Virus record (IMG/VR): IMGVR_UViG_3300013126_000010
Span: 64,001-128,000 of that record
Source of the DNA: a virus
Length of the DNA: 64,000 bases
Strand: one strand, 5' to 3'
Made by a program: the position numbers and the translations under genes
In this document: positions 1-10,076 of the stretch, in pieces
Numbering within the stretch: the stretch's first letter is position 1
Layout of the letters: each line of letters starts with the position of its first letter
The notes under the pieces: model-generated
Told to the model about the DNA's origin: nothing
The model's database searches: none
Seen by the model: only the letters and a program-made list of their open reading frames with translations

Positions 1-609
1 GGTGTGTGGCTGTTCTATCGCAGTTTCCACTTTAGATGGAACCAATTGTTCAGCCATTTCTAATAATCTTGATACTTCGTCTGTTAAACGAGCAGCATCT
101 TTACGATATTTTTCCGCTAGTTGTTCATCAGTTATTACATTGTTTAATTGTTGTACCGGTTCAGGTACTTTTTCAGGGAGTGGTTTGGTTATTTCTTCAA
201 TATTAGCAGACTGTTGTTCATCTGATTTTATTGCTAAATCTTGTACGCTAACCCCTTTATTTTGTGCAATAATTTGATTTAATTCAGCTAAATTGATAGA
301 AGTCAACTGATTGGGGATCATTTCAATTTTATCTGTCGGAATTTTAACTAAATGACCTTTTGCATGGAGAGAAACAAGCATATTGCTTCCGTCAGGAAAA
401 GTTGATCTATATAGTACATCAGCTAGTTCAAATGATGATTGAGCAGCATTGGATTCCACCAGTTTCATTAATGAATCATGGTAGGAATCCTGCAAGGATT
501 CGGTGGGGATGATTAGACAACTAAATGCATCCCCTGGTAAAGTCCTGTATGCCACTAAACAACGTCTGCCGTTTGAAATAACTTTGCCTACGTGATTTAG
601 GTTTGACAT
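1..609 (-). CDS. hypothetical protein, runs off the left edge (MSNLNHVGKVISNGRRCLVAYRTLPGD...)
   Basis: Manual translation from ATG at 609 is open to position 1; absent from the ORF track because it has no stop in the window. Confidence 0.8.
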   Translation of the reverse strand, partial: MSNLNHVGKVISNGRRCLVAYRTLPGDAFSCLIIPTESLQDSYHDSLMKLVESNAAQSSFELADVLYRSTFPDGSNMLVSLHAKGHLVKIPTDKIEMIPNQLTSINLAELNQIIAQNKGVSVQDLAIKSDEQQSANIEEITKPLPEKVPEPVQQLNNVITDEQLAEKYRKDAARLTDEVSRLLEMAEQLVPSKVETAIEQPHT

Positions 610-612
610 ATA

Positions 613-873
613 TTATTCTCCGGTTTGATCGCCACTGTCACCAGTGGTTTGTTCACTTTGGGTTTTTGCTGCTTGATTAACGAATGCAGCTAATTTTTTC
701 CAAACACGACCAACATCTTCAGATTCTGGTGCTTTGATTGCGCCACGTTCAATTGCTGCACCGATGATACGGGTAGCTAATTCCAAATCTTGCAGCGTGA
801 TAACCACATCTTGTGGTGCTTGTTCTTGTTGTACTTGATCGGTTGGTTCAGTTGTTGTTACTTCTTCAGTCAT
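613..873 (-). CDS. hypothetical protein
   Basis: 86-aa ORF, tightly packed in the operon. Confidence 0.75.
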   Translation of the reverse strand: MTEEVTTTEPTDQVQQEQAPQDVVITLQDLELATRIIGAAIERGAIKAPESEDVGRVWKKLAAFVNQAAKTQSEQTTGDSGDQTGE

Positions 874-889
874 GTTAAATTTCCTATGG

Positions 890-1315
890 TTAAATATTGG
901 TTTTTGGTAAGGCTTTCTGAGCCTTTATTGCTTTTGTCAACCCATATCGTTTAATATCACCAGAAAATAGGTATAATTCTATACTCTTACGTTCTGAAAA
1001 TACTATTATTGAATGATACCTAAGTAAATAGGGACATTCCATATGTTTTGACAAAAATACTATCACACTTGGATTAATTTCCATGTGTTCGGCAAATGGT
1101 ACTTCATATGCCTGAATCTTTAAATCATTTATGAGAAATGAATACCCTTCTTCACTTAATCTTAGTCCTGATGTTTTTGCAGTAGAATTCCACCATTTAT
1201 ACATATGGTATTTTATATTTGCATCATCACAACTTAATCCAGCTTTTTTTAAGAATATTTCTGTATATATCTCTTTAGAAAGAATAACATTTCTCCTACG
1301 TTTTAAAATCACCAC
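890..1315 (-). CDS. hypothetical protein (start uncertain)
   Basis: 141-aa ORF in the operon. Confidence 0.7.
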   Translation of the reverse strand: MVILKRRRNVILSKEIYTEIFLKKAGLSCDDANIKYHMYKWWNSTAKTSGLRLSEEGYSFLINDLKIQAYEVPFAEHMEINPSVIVFLSKHMECPYLLRYHSIIVFSERKSIELYLFSGDIKRYGLTKAIKAQKALPKTNI

Positions 1316-1535
1316 CGTCCATTTTAATTGATATTGTATCAGTTGATGGAGTGGTTGAAATTTTATCTATTATAGCAGAAAAATCACCAACTAGCACACT
1401 ATTTACTTCAGATAAACAATATACAAGTGATTTAGCTGTTTTGATATCCATTTTTACTTCTTTTTGAGAACTTAGCTCTGCCGATTTAACTAAATTGATA
1501 AATTGTTGAATAGGAATTGTATTTATCTTACTCAT
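1296..1535 (-). CDS. hypothetical protein
   Basis: 79-aa ORF overlapping the rnh stop. Confidence 0.7.
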   Translation of the reverse strand: MSKINTIPIQQFINLVKSAELSSQKEVKMDIKTAKSLVYCLSEVNSVLVGDFSAIIDKISTTPSTDTISIKMDGGDFKT

Positions 1536-2517
1536 ATGGGTACCCTGTCTGGAATGCTACCGCATAATGCGAGGCATATTCTCCTATAGTAGTTAAATCA
1601 TATAAGCCACAAAATTTCATAAGTTTTATTCCTACCTGTGAATTTTTCTTTGGATATGATTGGTTTAATATGGTTTCATATATTTTTATTTTAATATCAT
1701 CTGGTTGGGCATTTAAATCAATTAACATTTTGTTACGGTTGTAATCTTGTTCAACAATATGTTCTAATCCATTATGATCTTTCCACGTGGCATTCATTAT
1801 ATTATTCCATGCCCACCCTTTATCATGCCTGTCATTATATGCATCCAACATTCCGACTTTACTTTTTGATCCTTTTTTACGAACACCTGGGTATGCACTG
1901 AAAATATTGTCAGATGTATCGCCTCTAATGCATTTTTCAAATAATAACCATTCTGGGTCTGGTGCAGGAACTGGAGTTTGGGATACTTTATCTAATTCTG
2001 GTAAACCATCTTTATCAAATATACCAGAAGTAGTCATCAACTTTTCAGAAATACCATTATATTGAACTACATTATCAGCTAATAACTGATAAAAATCAGA
2101 ATCAGATGAAATGATAATATGCATATCATCTGGATGTGAATTGATGAACCCAGCAATTAAATCATCTGCTTCTAGCTCTGGATGTTGCAATACAGTGCAA
2201 TTCGTGCTGTTTGTGATAAATGATTGTAATTCGTTAAATGTTTCCCAAAAAAGCTTATCTTCTTCTAATTCTTTGGGTGATAATTGCGCTTTTTTATCTG
2301 ATCGGTTGGCTTTGTATGGTTGATAAACGGATTTCCGCCATGATTTACCTTCAAATGCAAATATAATATGATCACAATTAAATTTGTTCCACATTTTTTT
2401 GATACTGTTGAACATGATATGAAGTGACATACCAAGTTTAGTGTCAATCGTACCATGGGTCACATGGCGACTGCGATGAAACATGTTGCTGGAGTCAATT
2501 ATCAAAAAACTTTTCAT
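1528..2517 (-). CDS. rnh: T4-type RNase H / 5'-3' flap exonuclease
   Basis: IIDSSN, YKANR, ELEADDLI, SSDSDFYQL and GDTSDNI acidic motifs of the FEN/PIN fold. Confidence 0.9.
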   Translation of the reverse strand: MKSFLIIDSSNMFHRSRHVTHGTIDTKLGMSLHIMFNSIKKMWNKFNCDHIIFAFEGKSWRKSVYQPYKANRSDKKAQLSPKELEEDKLFWETFNELQSFITNSTNCTVLQHPELEADDLIAGFINSHPDDMHIIISSDSDFYQLLADNVVQYNGISEKLMTTSGIFDKDGLPELDKVSQTPVPAPDPEWLLFEKCIRGDTSDNIFSAYPGVRKKGSKSKVGMLDAYNDRHDKGWAWNNIMNATWKDHNGLEHIVEQDYNRNKMLIDLNAQPDDIKIKIYETILNQSYPKKNSQVGIKLMKFCGLYDLTTIGEYASHYAVAFQTGYPYE

Positions 2518-2981
2518 TAACTAGCCTCAGAATGTTCATCAGAAATTCGTTTCAGGTTTATAAAACCGGCAGTAGTATGTTCGGTGATTGGTGCTTCTGC
2601 TTCTACTAACATGTTATATGCTAGTGTTCGAAACCACCTATCAACTATTTCTTCTTCAGGATCATTTTCAAATCCAAACCCATTGGTAATTAAATAATCA
2701 ATGAATTGTTTGTTCCAGTCTAATTCAAAAAACCCATGACCAGCATTTTTATCACTTAATTGTGTATCTAATACAGATACCCACGGTTCATCACGCTCAG
2801 TTGCTAATTCCTTTGGTGTTTTTGATATTTTATTCTTTTCTTCGATAGCTTTTTCAGTTTCTTTTTTTATATATTCTAATTCTAATTTTTGCTTATCGAT
2901 GTCCTCTTGGATGGATTTTTTAAGATCACTGAACCCTAAATAATCTTCTATGATAGATTTTAATGTTTTTTTACTAGTCAT
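2517..2981 (-). CDS. hypothetical protein
   Basis: 154-aa ORF coupled to rnh. Confidence 0.75.
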   Translation of the reverse strand: MTSKKTLKSIIEDYLGFSDLKKSIQEDIDKQKLELEYIKKETEKAIEEKNKISKTPKELATERDEPWVSVLDTQLSDKNAGHGFFELDWNKQFIDYLITNGFGFENDPEEEIVDRWFRTLAYNMLVEAEAPITEHTTAGFINLKRISDEHSEAS

Positions 2982-3213
2982 TTGCCAAAATTTCCTTAAA
3001 TGTTGTTAATACATAGTTCACGATTGTTATAAAAAATGCGCCAGTGATTATGGTGTTTAATATAGGTATCACTGAGTTTCTTACCATTTCATCAAAGGAT
3101 AATCCAGTTTCTGGTTCAACAAAACCGATTCTATAGAATGTTTTATGTACGATCCAGTAATTAAATAATGATACTATGCAACTAACTAAGTATATATAAG
3201 CTAATACTTCCAT
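2974..3213 (-). CDS. small membrane protein
   Basis: Two hydrophobic segments. Confidence 0.6.
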   Translation of the reverse strand: MEVLAYIYLVSCIVSLFNYWIVHKTFYRIGFVEPETGLSFDEMVRNSVIPILNTIITGAFFITIVNYVLTTFKEILAND

Positions 3214-3215
3214 TA

Positions 3216-3443
3216 CTATTCTTTATTTACTAGAATGGATTCTGTTCTAATTTGACCGGGACGAGTTTCATCCATTACTGCCACCATAATTAATCCAGTA
3301 CCAGTTGAAAGGTTTGAAATTTGTTTCTCAATTCCTTCCACAGTAGTCATTAAATTGGTATTTAAATTATCTTTTAAATGTTCAGGAATTGGGTTTTTCT
3401 CCCATTGTTCCATTATTAAGTTCATTTTGTCTTGAAAGTTCAT
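3216..3443 (-). CDS. hypothetical protein
   Basis: 75-aa ORF in the operon. Confidence 0.6.
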   Translation of the reverse strand: MNFQDKMNLIMEQWEKNPIPEHLKDNLNTNLMTTVEGIEKQISNLSTGTGLIMVAVMDETRPGQIRTESILVNKE

Positions 3444-3870
3444 CTTTTAATTCCTTGTAACGTTGTACATCTATTATAGCTTGTTTTATAGTTTCTGCAT
3501 AATTGCATGCTTGCTGTTTGTTCATTATAATGGTATGGTTATACTGAACATAACCATTAACCCATACATTGTATGTTATATTTAGTCTATGATATAAACC
3601 ATTAATGATATATCTAAACCAATTATCAATGTTATACAATATTGGATTAGAACATGAAGAATAGGTATTGACTATATTCTTCCAGTATGCAGATTTTGGT
3701 TTGACATCAGTTGATATAGTGATCTCGCCACCATCATCTATTTCAATCATCATGTCTACCTCATCATCAGCATTCATACATGAACATGGTATGTTATATG
3801 AAACTAAATCTCCATAATCGTAGGATTTTAAAATCCCCATTGCCGGTTTTTGATATTGATAATCAATCAT
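3382..3870 (-). CDS. hypothetical protein
   Basis: 162-aa ORF. Confidence 0.7.
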   Translation of the reverse strand: MIDYQYQKPAMGILKSYDYGDLVSYNIPCSCMNADDEVDMMIEIDDGGEITISTDVKPKSAYWKNIVNTYSSCSNPILYNIDNWFRYIINGLYHRLNITYNVWVNGYVQYNHTIIMNKQQACNYAETIKQAIIDVQRYKELKDELSRQNELNNGTMGEKPNS

Positions 3871-3871
3871 A

Positions 3872-4066
3872 TTATTGAGTTTTTGTTAATTTACTTGTTG
3901 GTGATATAACAATTTTACAATCATATATCATTACATTATTAATGGCTATATCTAGTTCATTACTTATACCAGGGGATAGTTTGATGACGACTTCCAAATC
4001 GTCGTCATCAGTATCTACTGTATTAAGCAGTTTCTTTAATTCAGATACCTTCATCTTCAACAACAA
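3872..4066 (-). CDS. hypothetical protein
   Basis: 64-aa ORF. Confidence 0.6.
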   Translation of the reverse strand: MLLKMKVSELKKLLNTVDTDDDDLEVVIKLSPGISNELDIAINNVMIYDCKIVISPTSKLTKTQ

Positions 4067-4610
4067 TCATATCTGGTGTTGTATATAAATGTGCCAATAA
4101 ATTGATTGCAATAAAATCGGTGTCAATGTTAGGCAAATTATGGATATAATTTGATGCAATTAATAATTGTTCTTTTGCTTCTTCAGAATTAACTACTACT
4201 TTAACACCGTAATAGGTGTCTTTAGTTTTTTTATTGTAGCGTTTTAATCCAACCGGATACATTGCATTTTCAACCAGCAATTGTTCAGCCCAATCAGGGT
4301 AGGTACCTTTATCAAAGATATCATCAATAATATCTAATATAACAATATTATGTTGTAGAACTGATAATGGGATAAAAATACCATTTTTACGATTGTCAGT
4401 TAATCGTTCAGATGCCAATTGGATTCCATATGGCTTATCATATTGCACGAATGGTAGTTGTTTACCATTTTCGTCATACGTGGCAACAGTCAATTCGTGT
4501 GGGGAATAATAAGACACCCCATAAAAAATTTTATTATCTTCAATGTGTGATGCGACAGTGATCACGCCAGTCTTTGGAGTCCGATGCCCCATCCGAAATA
4601 CTTTAAACAT
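4041..4610 (-). CDS. hypothetical protein
   Basis: 189-aa ORF. Confidence 0.7.
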   Translation of the reverse strand: MFKVFRMGHRTPKTGVITVASHIEDNKIFYGVSYYSPHELTVATYDENGKQLPFVQYDKPYGIQLASERLTDNRKNGIFIPLSVLQHNIVILDIIDDIFDKGTYPDWAEQLLVENAMYPVGLKRYNKKTKDTYYGVKVVVNSEEAKEQLLIASNYIHNLPNIDTDFIAINLLAHLYTTPDMIVVEDEGI

Positions 4611-4624
4611 GTTATTACCTTATA

Positions 4625-4909
4625 TTAATATTTGAGATTTTCCATTGTTATAATTTTGGATAATTTATCCGCAAAATCATCACCGTCCTTAATAATGTAT
4701 CTGGAAATATGGCTCTTATCTTTCATTCTGTCATATTTCCTAAATTCTATTACTTTCCCACCAGTTGCAGGAAATATATATAAATGTGTTGCATCTTCAG
4801 TATGCAATTCTTCATCAGTTGTGCATCGAACGAGTTCCGGGGTACTACGCACGTTGTTAACGTAACCATGGTCCGCAAATAACCACTCTCTTAATAATTT
4901 TTTTAACAT
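4625..4909 (-). CDS. hypothetical protein
   Basis: 94-aa ORF. Confidence 0.7.
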   Translation of the reverse strand: MLKKLLREWLFADHGYVNNVRSTPELVRCTTDEELHTEDATHLYIFPATGGKVIEFRKYDRMKDKSHISRYIIKDGDDFADKLSKIITMENLKY

Positions 4910-4910
4910 T

Positions 4911-5252
4911 TTAGCCTACTGGTATCAATTCGACAAATGGATAGTCGATGTTATTGTCTTTTCCAACCGTTTGGTGCAAATGAAATGTTGCCCATTTTTC
5001 TTGTTGGATTCCTATAACTCCAAAACTATATGCTGCTTTGTAGCATGCAACCATATCATGGATATTGTTTGTCACTGGAGTAAAAATTGATGATTTACCA
5101 TCATTATCAAACATCCAATAATCGGTGGTGCGATATTCGATTGTTTTCCATGGTATTATATTTGAATCTAATGCTTTTATTATATCGCTCATGATTATGA
5201 ATGATGAGTTAATTGTTGCCCACGAATGAGCAACAATTATGTTATATGTCAA
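4911..5252 (-). CDS. hypothetical protein
   Basis: 113-aa ORF. Confidence 0.65.
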   Translation of the reverse strand: MTYNIIVAHSWATINSSFIIMSDIIKALDSNIIPWKTIEYRTTDYWMFDNDGKSSIFTPVTNNIHDMVACYKAAYSFGVIGIQQEKWATFHLHQTVGKDNNIDYPFVELIPVG

Positions 5253-5462
5253 TTATTTTTTATTTTCGATTCTAAGTTTCTTTTGAGTATGGTTGTAATA
5301 TCTGTTCCATACTGGGCTAGATCTGTTGTACAGGTCAGCTTCGTCAAAAGGTAACATTTTATCTCTACAAAAATCACGTAATTTATCTAAATCATCAAAA
5401 ATTTGATTAATATCTTGACGAGTTTGTGATGAAACATATGATCCTTTGTTTATTTTTGCCAT
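5253..5462 (-). CDS. hypothetical protein
   Basis: 69-aa ORF with AGGA RBS. Confidence 0.7.
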   Translation of the reverse strand: MAKINKGSYVSSQTRQDINQIFDDLDKLRDFCRDKMLPFDEADLYNRSSPVWNRYYNHTQKKLRIENKK

Positions 5463-5487
5463 ATTGAATATCCTATAAAGGTTGTTA

Positions 5488-5523
5488 ATAAATACATTGT
5501 CCGAATGTGGACAATGTATTTAT
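5488..5523. repeat. perfect 15-bp inverted repeat carrying ATAAATA in each arm
   Basis: ataaatacattgtcc-gaatgt-ggacaatgtatttat. Confidence 0.85.
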
Positions 5524-5539
5524 GTTTTAACAAACTAAA

Positions 5540-5959
5540 TCAAAATGGGTTTAAACCCTCACCATTATCTCTGTGCCATTGTACATGGTGCATTTGGCAC
5601 ATCCACCTTATGTCGTGGGGTTTGTTATAATCATCATGATGAGCCACTGTTTTGTAATTCCCACATATAATACATGGCTCTTTTGATATTTTACCATCAC
5701 GCAATGCATTATTAATAATGTTATGTGCTTTATATTTCTTGGGGAATTTTAGACGATACTGTTTTATATCATCAGCTGTTTGTCTACTTCCTCTACGTTT
5801 ATCATATTCTCTACACGCATCAATAGTATTGTTGCGATGATTGGTTGAATCAATTTTAGTACAAGATTTGCATTTACCCAAATGACCATCACTCATCATT
5901 TTGTGTATGTAAAAATCTGACAACGGTTTTTCAATATTACATTTAAAACATTTTTTCAT
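5540..5959 (-). CDS. HNH-family endonuclease with N-terminal zinc finger
   Basis: CxxC...CKxC, then CIIC...AHHDDY...WMCQMHH. Confidence 0.75.
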   Translation of the reverse strand: MKKCFKCNIEKPLSDFYIHKMMSDGHLGKCKSCTKIDSTNHRNNTIDACREYDKRRGSRQTADDIKQYRLKFPKKYKAHNIINNALRDGKISKEPCIICGNYKTVAHHDDYNKPHDIRWMCQMHHVQWHRDNGEGLNPF

Positions 5960-5999
5960 TATGTTTCTTAATCAGTTATTTATGGTTAAATATAATGAC

Positions 6000-6404
6000 T
6001 TAATTAACAGGCACATCATGTTGTTCCTCATCAAATTCATACATGACACATTTACTTACTGTTGGTAAACTATCAGATATTTTTGGTTTTTCCAATACTC
6101 TAAATTCTTCTGCAATAATATCCACATATTTGTGGGTAACATCATTTGTATCTTTCCATTTTGTTGTCTTAATACGTCCTTTTACGTATACTAATGAACC
6201 AACTGTTAGTTTGTCCATAACATAAGATCCTAATTTACCGTATAAAACAACATTGTGCCATTCTGTTTCAGAATGTCTCTCATTATTCCTATCTTTCCAT
6301 TCCCGTTTTGTTGCAACATTCACGTTGGTTACAGAACCAGTTGGAATATCTTTTCTTTCTGGTTCTGTGCCTACTCTACCAATTAACGTAACTTCATTTA
6401 TCAT
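6000..6404 (-). CDS. ssb: bacterial-type single-stranded DNA-binding protein
   Basis: NEVTLIGRVG, VAT...W, TEWHNVVLYG, GSLVYVKGRIKT OB-fold motifs. Confidence 0.9.
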   Translation of the reverse strand: MINEVTLIGRVGTEPERKDIPTGSVTNVNVATKREWKDRNNERHSETEWHNVVLYGKLGSYVMDKLTVGSLVYVKGRIKTTKWKDTNDVTHKYVDIIAEEFRVLEKPKISDSLPTVSKCVMYEFDEEQHDVPVN

Positions 6405-6413
6405 TTTTCTTTC

Positions 6414-7205
6414 CTATTGTGCAGCTGGGATAATATAATCATAAACCACCATACCACTATCAACTGAGATTTTTAATCCTCCGTTGTCTGATATAAACAT
6501 GGTCTTTTCGCCGTCCAGATTTAGTACACTTAATACAGGATCAACTAGCCATTCCCATTTATGTTTTAATATTCCATCAACATCTGAATGGAATACAAAT
6601 GAACCAGCATGGGATGCAGCATTCCCGAATGAAATAACTAAGTTGGAACGTTCTGTTTTCGCCTGAAACTTCTTCTCTTCTTTATTTGCAGTAGATTGTA
6701 GTTTCAAACGTTTTATGGATTCTATGGTTGGTTTAAACTCTATAACCCATTTTGGTTCACTGAAAATAACACCATTCATTTTTTGATCGATTAACATGGT
6801 GTGCATGAACCTATATTCATTTCTGAAATCACCAGATTCATTTTCAAAGTGAATATGATCTGGTGATGTTATGTCATTTTTAGTGACGTTTACTACTTTG
6901 ATGGTGGCATTTTCTTTATATTCTGGATTTTTTAGATGATGGTCTAATTTTTCCATGTTTGAAAAACCAAAAGAACCCGAAAATTCAGGAATAACTTCAT
7001 GGGTTTTTGCATATAAAATTATAGATCTGTCTGGTGCAACTGATTCCAATCCAGTTGAAGTGTTGTCTGATGTAATTTTTACCATAGGTAAATAGCCAAG
7101 ACCATATGTATGGTCTACAATATCGCGTAAAATTTCTTGTAAAGTACTCATATTATTTGAATGTAAATAAAGTGTCGAAAGTATTTTTCTTTGTTGTTGA
7201 TGCAA
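6414..7205 (-). CDS. probable sliding clamp (gp45/PCNA-like)
   Basis: About 245 aa, directly downstream of PolB; C-terminal ISVDSGMVVYDYIIPA is typical of clamps. Confidence 0.6.
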   Translation of the reverse strand: MHQQQRKILSTLYLHSNNMSTLQEILRDIVDHTYGLGYLPMVKITSDNTSTGLESVAPDRSIILYAKTHEVIPEFSGSFGFSNMEKLDHHLKNPEYKENATIKVVNVTKNDITSPDHIHFENESGDFRNEYRFMHTMLIDQKMNGVIFSEPKWVIEFKPTIESIKRLKLQSTANKEEKKFQAKTERSNLVISFGNAASHAGSFVFHSDVDGILKHKWEWLVDPVLSVLNLDGEKTMFISDNGGLKISVDSGMVVYDYIIPAAQ

Positions 7206-10026
7206 TGTCGAAATCTAATACACCGATCAGGTTTTCTAATTTCTTGTCTACTATTGTTTCCTCCATTAAATCGTCATCGAACGGCATATCCTTAAACCAT
7301 TCTGGTAATCGCATTTCATCAATTGGGTATGCAACACTAGTAAAACCAAGAGGATTATTAGTTAATTTACATACTATCACTTTAAAACCATCAACAATAT
7401 TCATTGAATATTTGTCATTATGAATTTTTTTAAGCATATTCCAATTAATAGCAGCTCTAACATGCCCTGGCATATTAGCTTTACCTTTATCATCCTCTAT
7501 TTTCATGAATTTTCCGATATTATTAACTCGTTTCGGTGTCCCTTTTTCCCATCCTGGTCGTTTTCTAAATTCATCTCTGAATTCTCGAATACGATTTAAG
7601 ATAGTTTCATGATCAACATCCAGCAAAACATTTTCAAGTATTTCGGATAGAAAGTCTTGCATGTACTCAGGGGTATCTGCGCGTTTTAAATCTAATCCCA
7701 TTGCCTTGATTTCGCCTTCTTTTCCGTTTTTATCATAGCGTTTCCCTTCTTTGTCATAGTATAGCACTGCATAACGTTTTTTGGTAATGAAAAGAGCATT
7801 CGTACCAACAATTTCTCTACCAGCCCTTATAACATCACCTCTATTTTTTGGACAATTGAATGCATTGAACATAAAATCAGGGAATGTTTCATTTACCATT
7901 TCACCTATGTTATCGTATAATTCAACAACAAGGTTTTTATCCCATGGAATAGTTCCATTATCTATTTCTGGTTTAAACGTATCATACGCAGAAAAATATA
8001 CACTATCTGTATCATTATAGATGATAGATTTCCCCAAATAATCATAATTACCAGTTATAATTTGATTTACTTCTGCAGTCATATGTTTAACAATCTGTCT
8101 ACCAGTTAGTGTAGTTGATTGCCCAATTCGTTTATCAAAAAATCTACATCCACTATTAAGTATTGCACCATACAGTGAATTCAAGTTAATCTTTCTAATA
8201 TGCTGCGATTTATCCCAATATTCAATTAATCTGGTGACTTCAGCTTTATCATTGGCTAATATTTTTCCATTATCGATAGTTAAATCATATTTAACTATCA
8301 TATTTTGAAATTCTTCGGTTGAACCATTTTCTAATGTACTATAAAAAGTATCCCAATCAATATCTTTTACTGACATTTTTGTAGATGTGGTAGATAATGG
8401 TAAGATTATTTTATCTTTAAATCGTTCTGGTATTGAAATACCACCATCGAGATTAATGTAATTTTTAGTAATCTTTTGTTGAGATTTTCGTTCTGCATAC
8501 CATTTTTTCAATAATCCAGGAATTATACCTTCACGTTCATATGAAAACAATGTTCCATTGGCAGATAACATTAATTTATTTGACTTTGTATTAAAGATCA
8601 AATTATAAATTTCAGCGGCACTATGTTGGGTAGATTTACCATCTGTCCAATCAATGTATAACATAGTGCCTTTATCTTGTTTCATTACAAAGTCATATTC
8701 CAATGAGGCAAATATACCTTCCCATGCAGCAGCAAATGAATGACCGTCTTTTAATTTAGAATTAATATAATTATCAGTATATTCTTGTCGTATTTGACCA
8801 ATGATGGACTCTGGTCCCATGTTTAATGCACGAATGGTACTTGGGTACAGTGAGTTGATGTCAAGAGAACCGATCCATTTATGCAATCCTTTTCGTGGGT
8901 ATGCAACATATGCCCCTGCAGCTTGCGTAGATTCGCTCTCAGGGATTCTTTTACGGGATGGCACCCGTAGCCCTAGTTCATGTGCTTCGTTGATTATAGC
9001 CTGTTCTGTGACGGCTACAGCCCCCATTGTGGTTTGTAATAAAACAGTATTGGTGTGTGCAAGTGCATTGGCAGTATTAATGAATTTCAGTTTTACATCC
9101 AATTTATTCAATAATGCAACGTCTTGTCGATTGTATATAACAAATGTTCTAAAGTCATTGTTATATAATTGATCTAATGTTCCTTCATATACAGTTTTAC
9201 TTTCATTAACTTCTAATTGTCCAATGAAATCTAATCGATATGATGATTGTTCTTCATAAGTGTATTTTTGATACAATTCCAAATAGTCTAAATGAACCCT
9301 ACCAAATAGGTCATAAGTAACTGATGTTTTTCCAAATTTTTCATATTCACGTGCTCTGGGCAATAAATCCCATAAACAAAATCTCCTTGATTCATCATTC
9401 GATAATGTCATTTTGACTCTGTTTACAGTATATGGAATATCATAGCCAGTACTGTTCCAGCCAGATAATACATCAGCATCCTCAATCAGATCAAGAAAAT
9501 TTAATAATAATTCTCTTTCATTTCTACAAATGATAGTATTTGGTAAATCTTTTACTAACTCTTCTGCTTGTTCAAATGTTATTGTTTTTGGTGGGACTGC
9601 TAGAGTAACTAATGTATCCAACCATTGTAAATGCAGAGAAACAGCTGTAATAGGCATGAAGGCATCGGCAGTACTTGAATAACCAAGCTCTGGATCAAAA
9701 TCCACCTCGATGTCGAAAAAGCAGACATTTAATATTGGTGGTTCTGCATGCATATAATTTTCACTCAAACATACAAATGTTTGGTTTAAATCTGATTCAT
9801 ATACTTTTTTATTTTGGTGGAGTTTCAGGTTTTTTTGAAACTCCTTATATGACTTTGACCTTATAGGTATAAGGGGTTCGTTATATATTGATCGGTGTGT
9901 TCCTGATGGGCTAGGAACAAAGAATTGGTACGTTGCAGGGTAATCAATAAACTTACGTCTACCATTTTTACGTTCTACAACATGCACCATATTCCCATCT
10001 TTATTAAAATGAGCGTCTACGTACAT
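7153..10026 (-). CDS. polB: family B DNA polymerase (gp43-like)
   Basis: Exo DIEVD, GWNSTGYD; pol DINSLYPS, KINLNSLYG, YNDTDS, KKRYA; likely start MYVDAH at 10026. Confidence 0.97.
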   Translation of the reverse strand: MYVDAHFNKDGNMVHVVERKNGRRKFIDYPATYQFFVPSPSGTHRSIYNEPLIPIRSKSYKEFQKNLKLHQNKKVYESDLNQTFVCLSENYMHAEPPILNVCFFDIEVDFDPELGYSSTADAFMPITAVSLHLQWLDTLVTLAVPPKTITFEQAEELVKDLPNTIICRNERELLLNFLDLIEDADVLSGWNSTGYDIPYTVNRVKMTLSNDESRRFCLWDLLPRAREYEKFGKTSVTYDLFGRVHLDYLELYQKYTYEEQSSYRLDFIGQLEVNESKTVYEGTLDQLYNNDFRTFVIYNRQDVALLNKLDVKLKFINTANALAHTNTVLLQTTMGAVAVTEQAIINEAHELGLRVPSRKRIPESESTQAAGAYVAYPRKGLHKWIGSLDINSLYPSTIRALNMGPESIIGQIRQEYTDNYINSKLKDGHSFAAAWEGIFASLEYDFVMKQDKGTMLYIDWTDGKSTQHSAAEIYNLIFNTKSNKLMLSANGTLFSYEREGIIPGLLKKWYAERKSQQKITKNYINLDGGISIPERFKDKIILPLSTTSTKMSVKDIDWDTFYSTLENGSTEEFQNMIVKYDLTIDNGKILANDKAEVTRLIEYWDKSQHIRKINLNSLYGAILNSGCRFFDKRIGQSTTLTGRQIVKHMTAEVNQIITGNYDYLGKSIIYNDTDSVYFSAYDTFKPEIDNGTIPWDKNLVVELYDNIGEMVNETFPDFMFNAFNCPKNRGDVIRAGREIVGTNALFITKKRYAVLYYDKEGKRYDKNGKEGEIKAMGLDLKRADTPEYMQDFLSEILENVLLDVDHETILNRIREFRDEFRKRPGWEKGTPKRVNNIGKFMKIEDDKGKANMPGHVRAAINWNMLKKIHNDKYSMNIVDGFKVIVCKLTNNPLGFTSVAYPIDEMRLPEWFKDMPFDDDLMEETIVDKKLENLIGVLDFDIASTTKKNTFDTLFTFK

Positions 10027-10076
10027 ATTTCTCCTACAGTTCTTCGGGCGACTGTTAACCAAATTACATAGATTAA

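Noticed and set aside
8235-8460. Intein in PolB
   Set aside because: No Cys/Ser start, no His-Asn end, no endonuclease motifs, and too short
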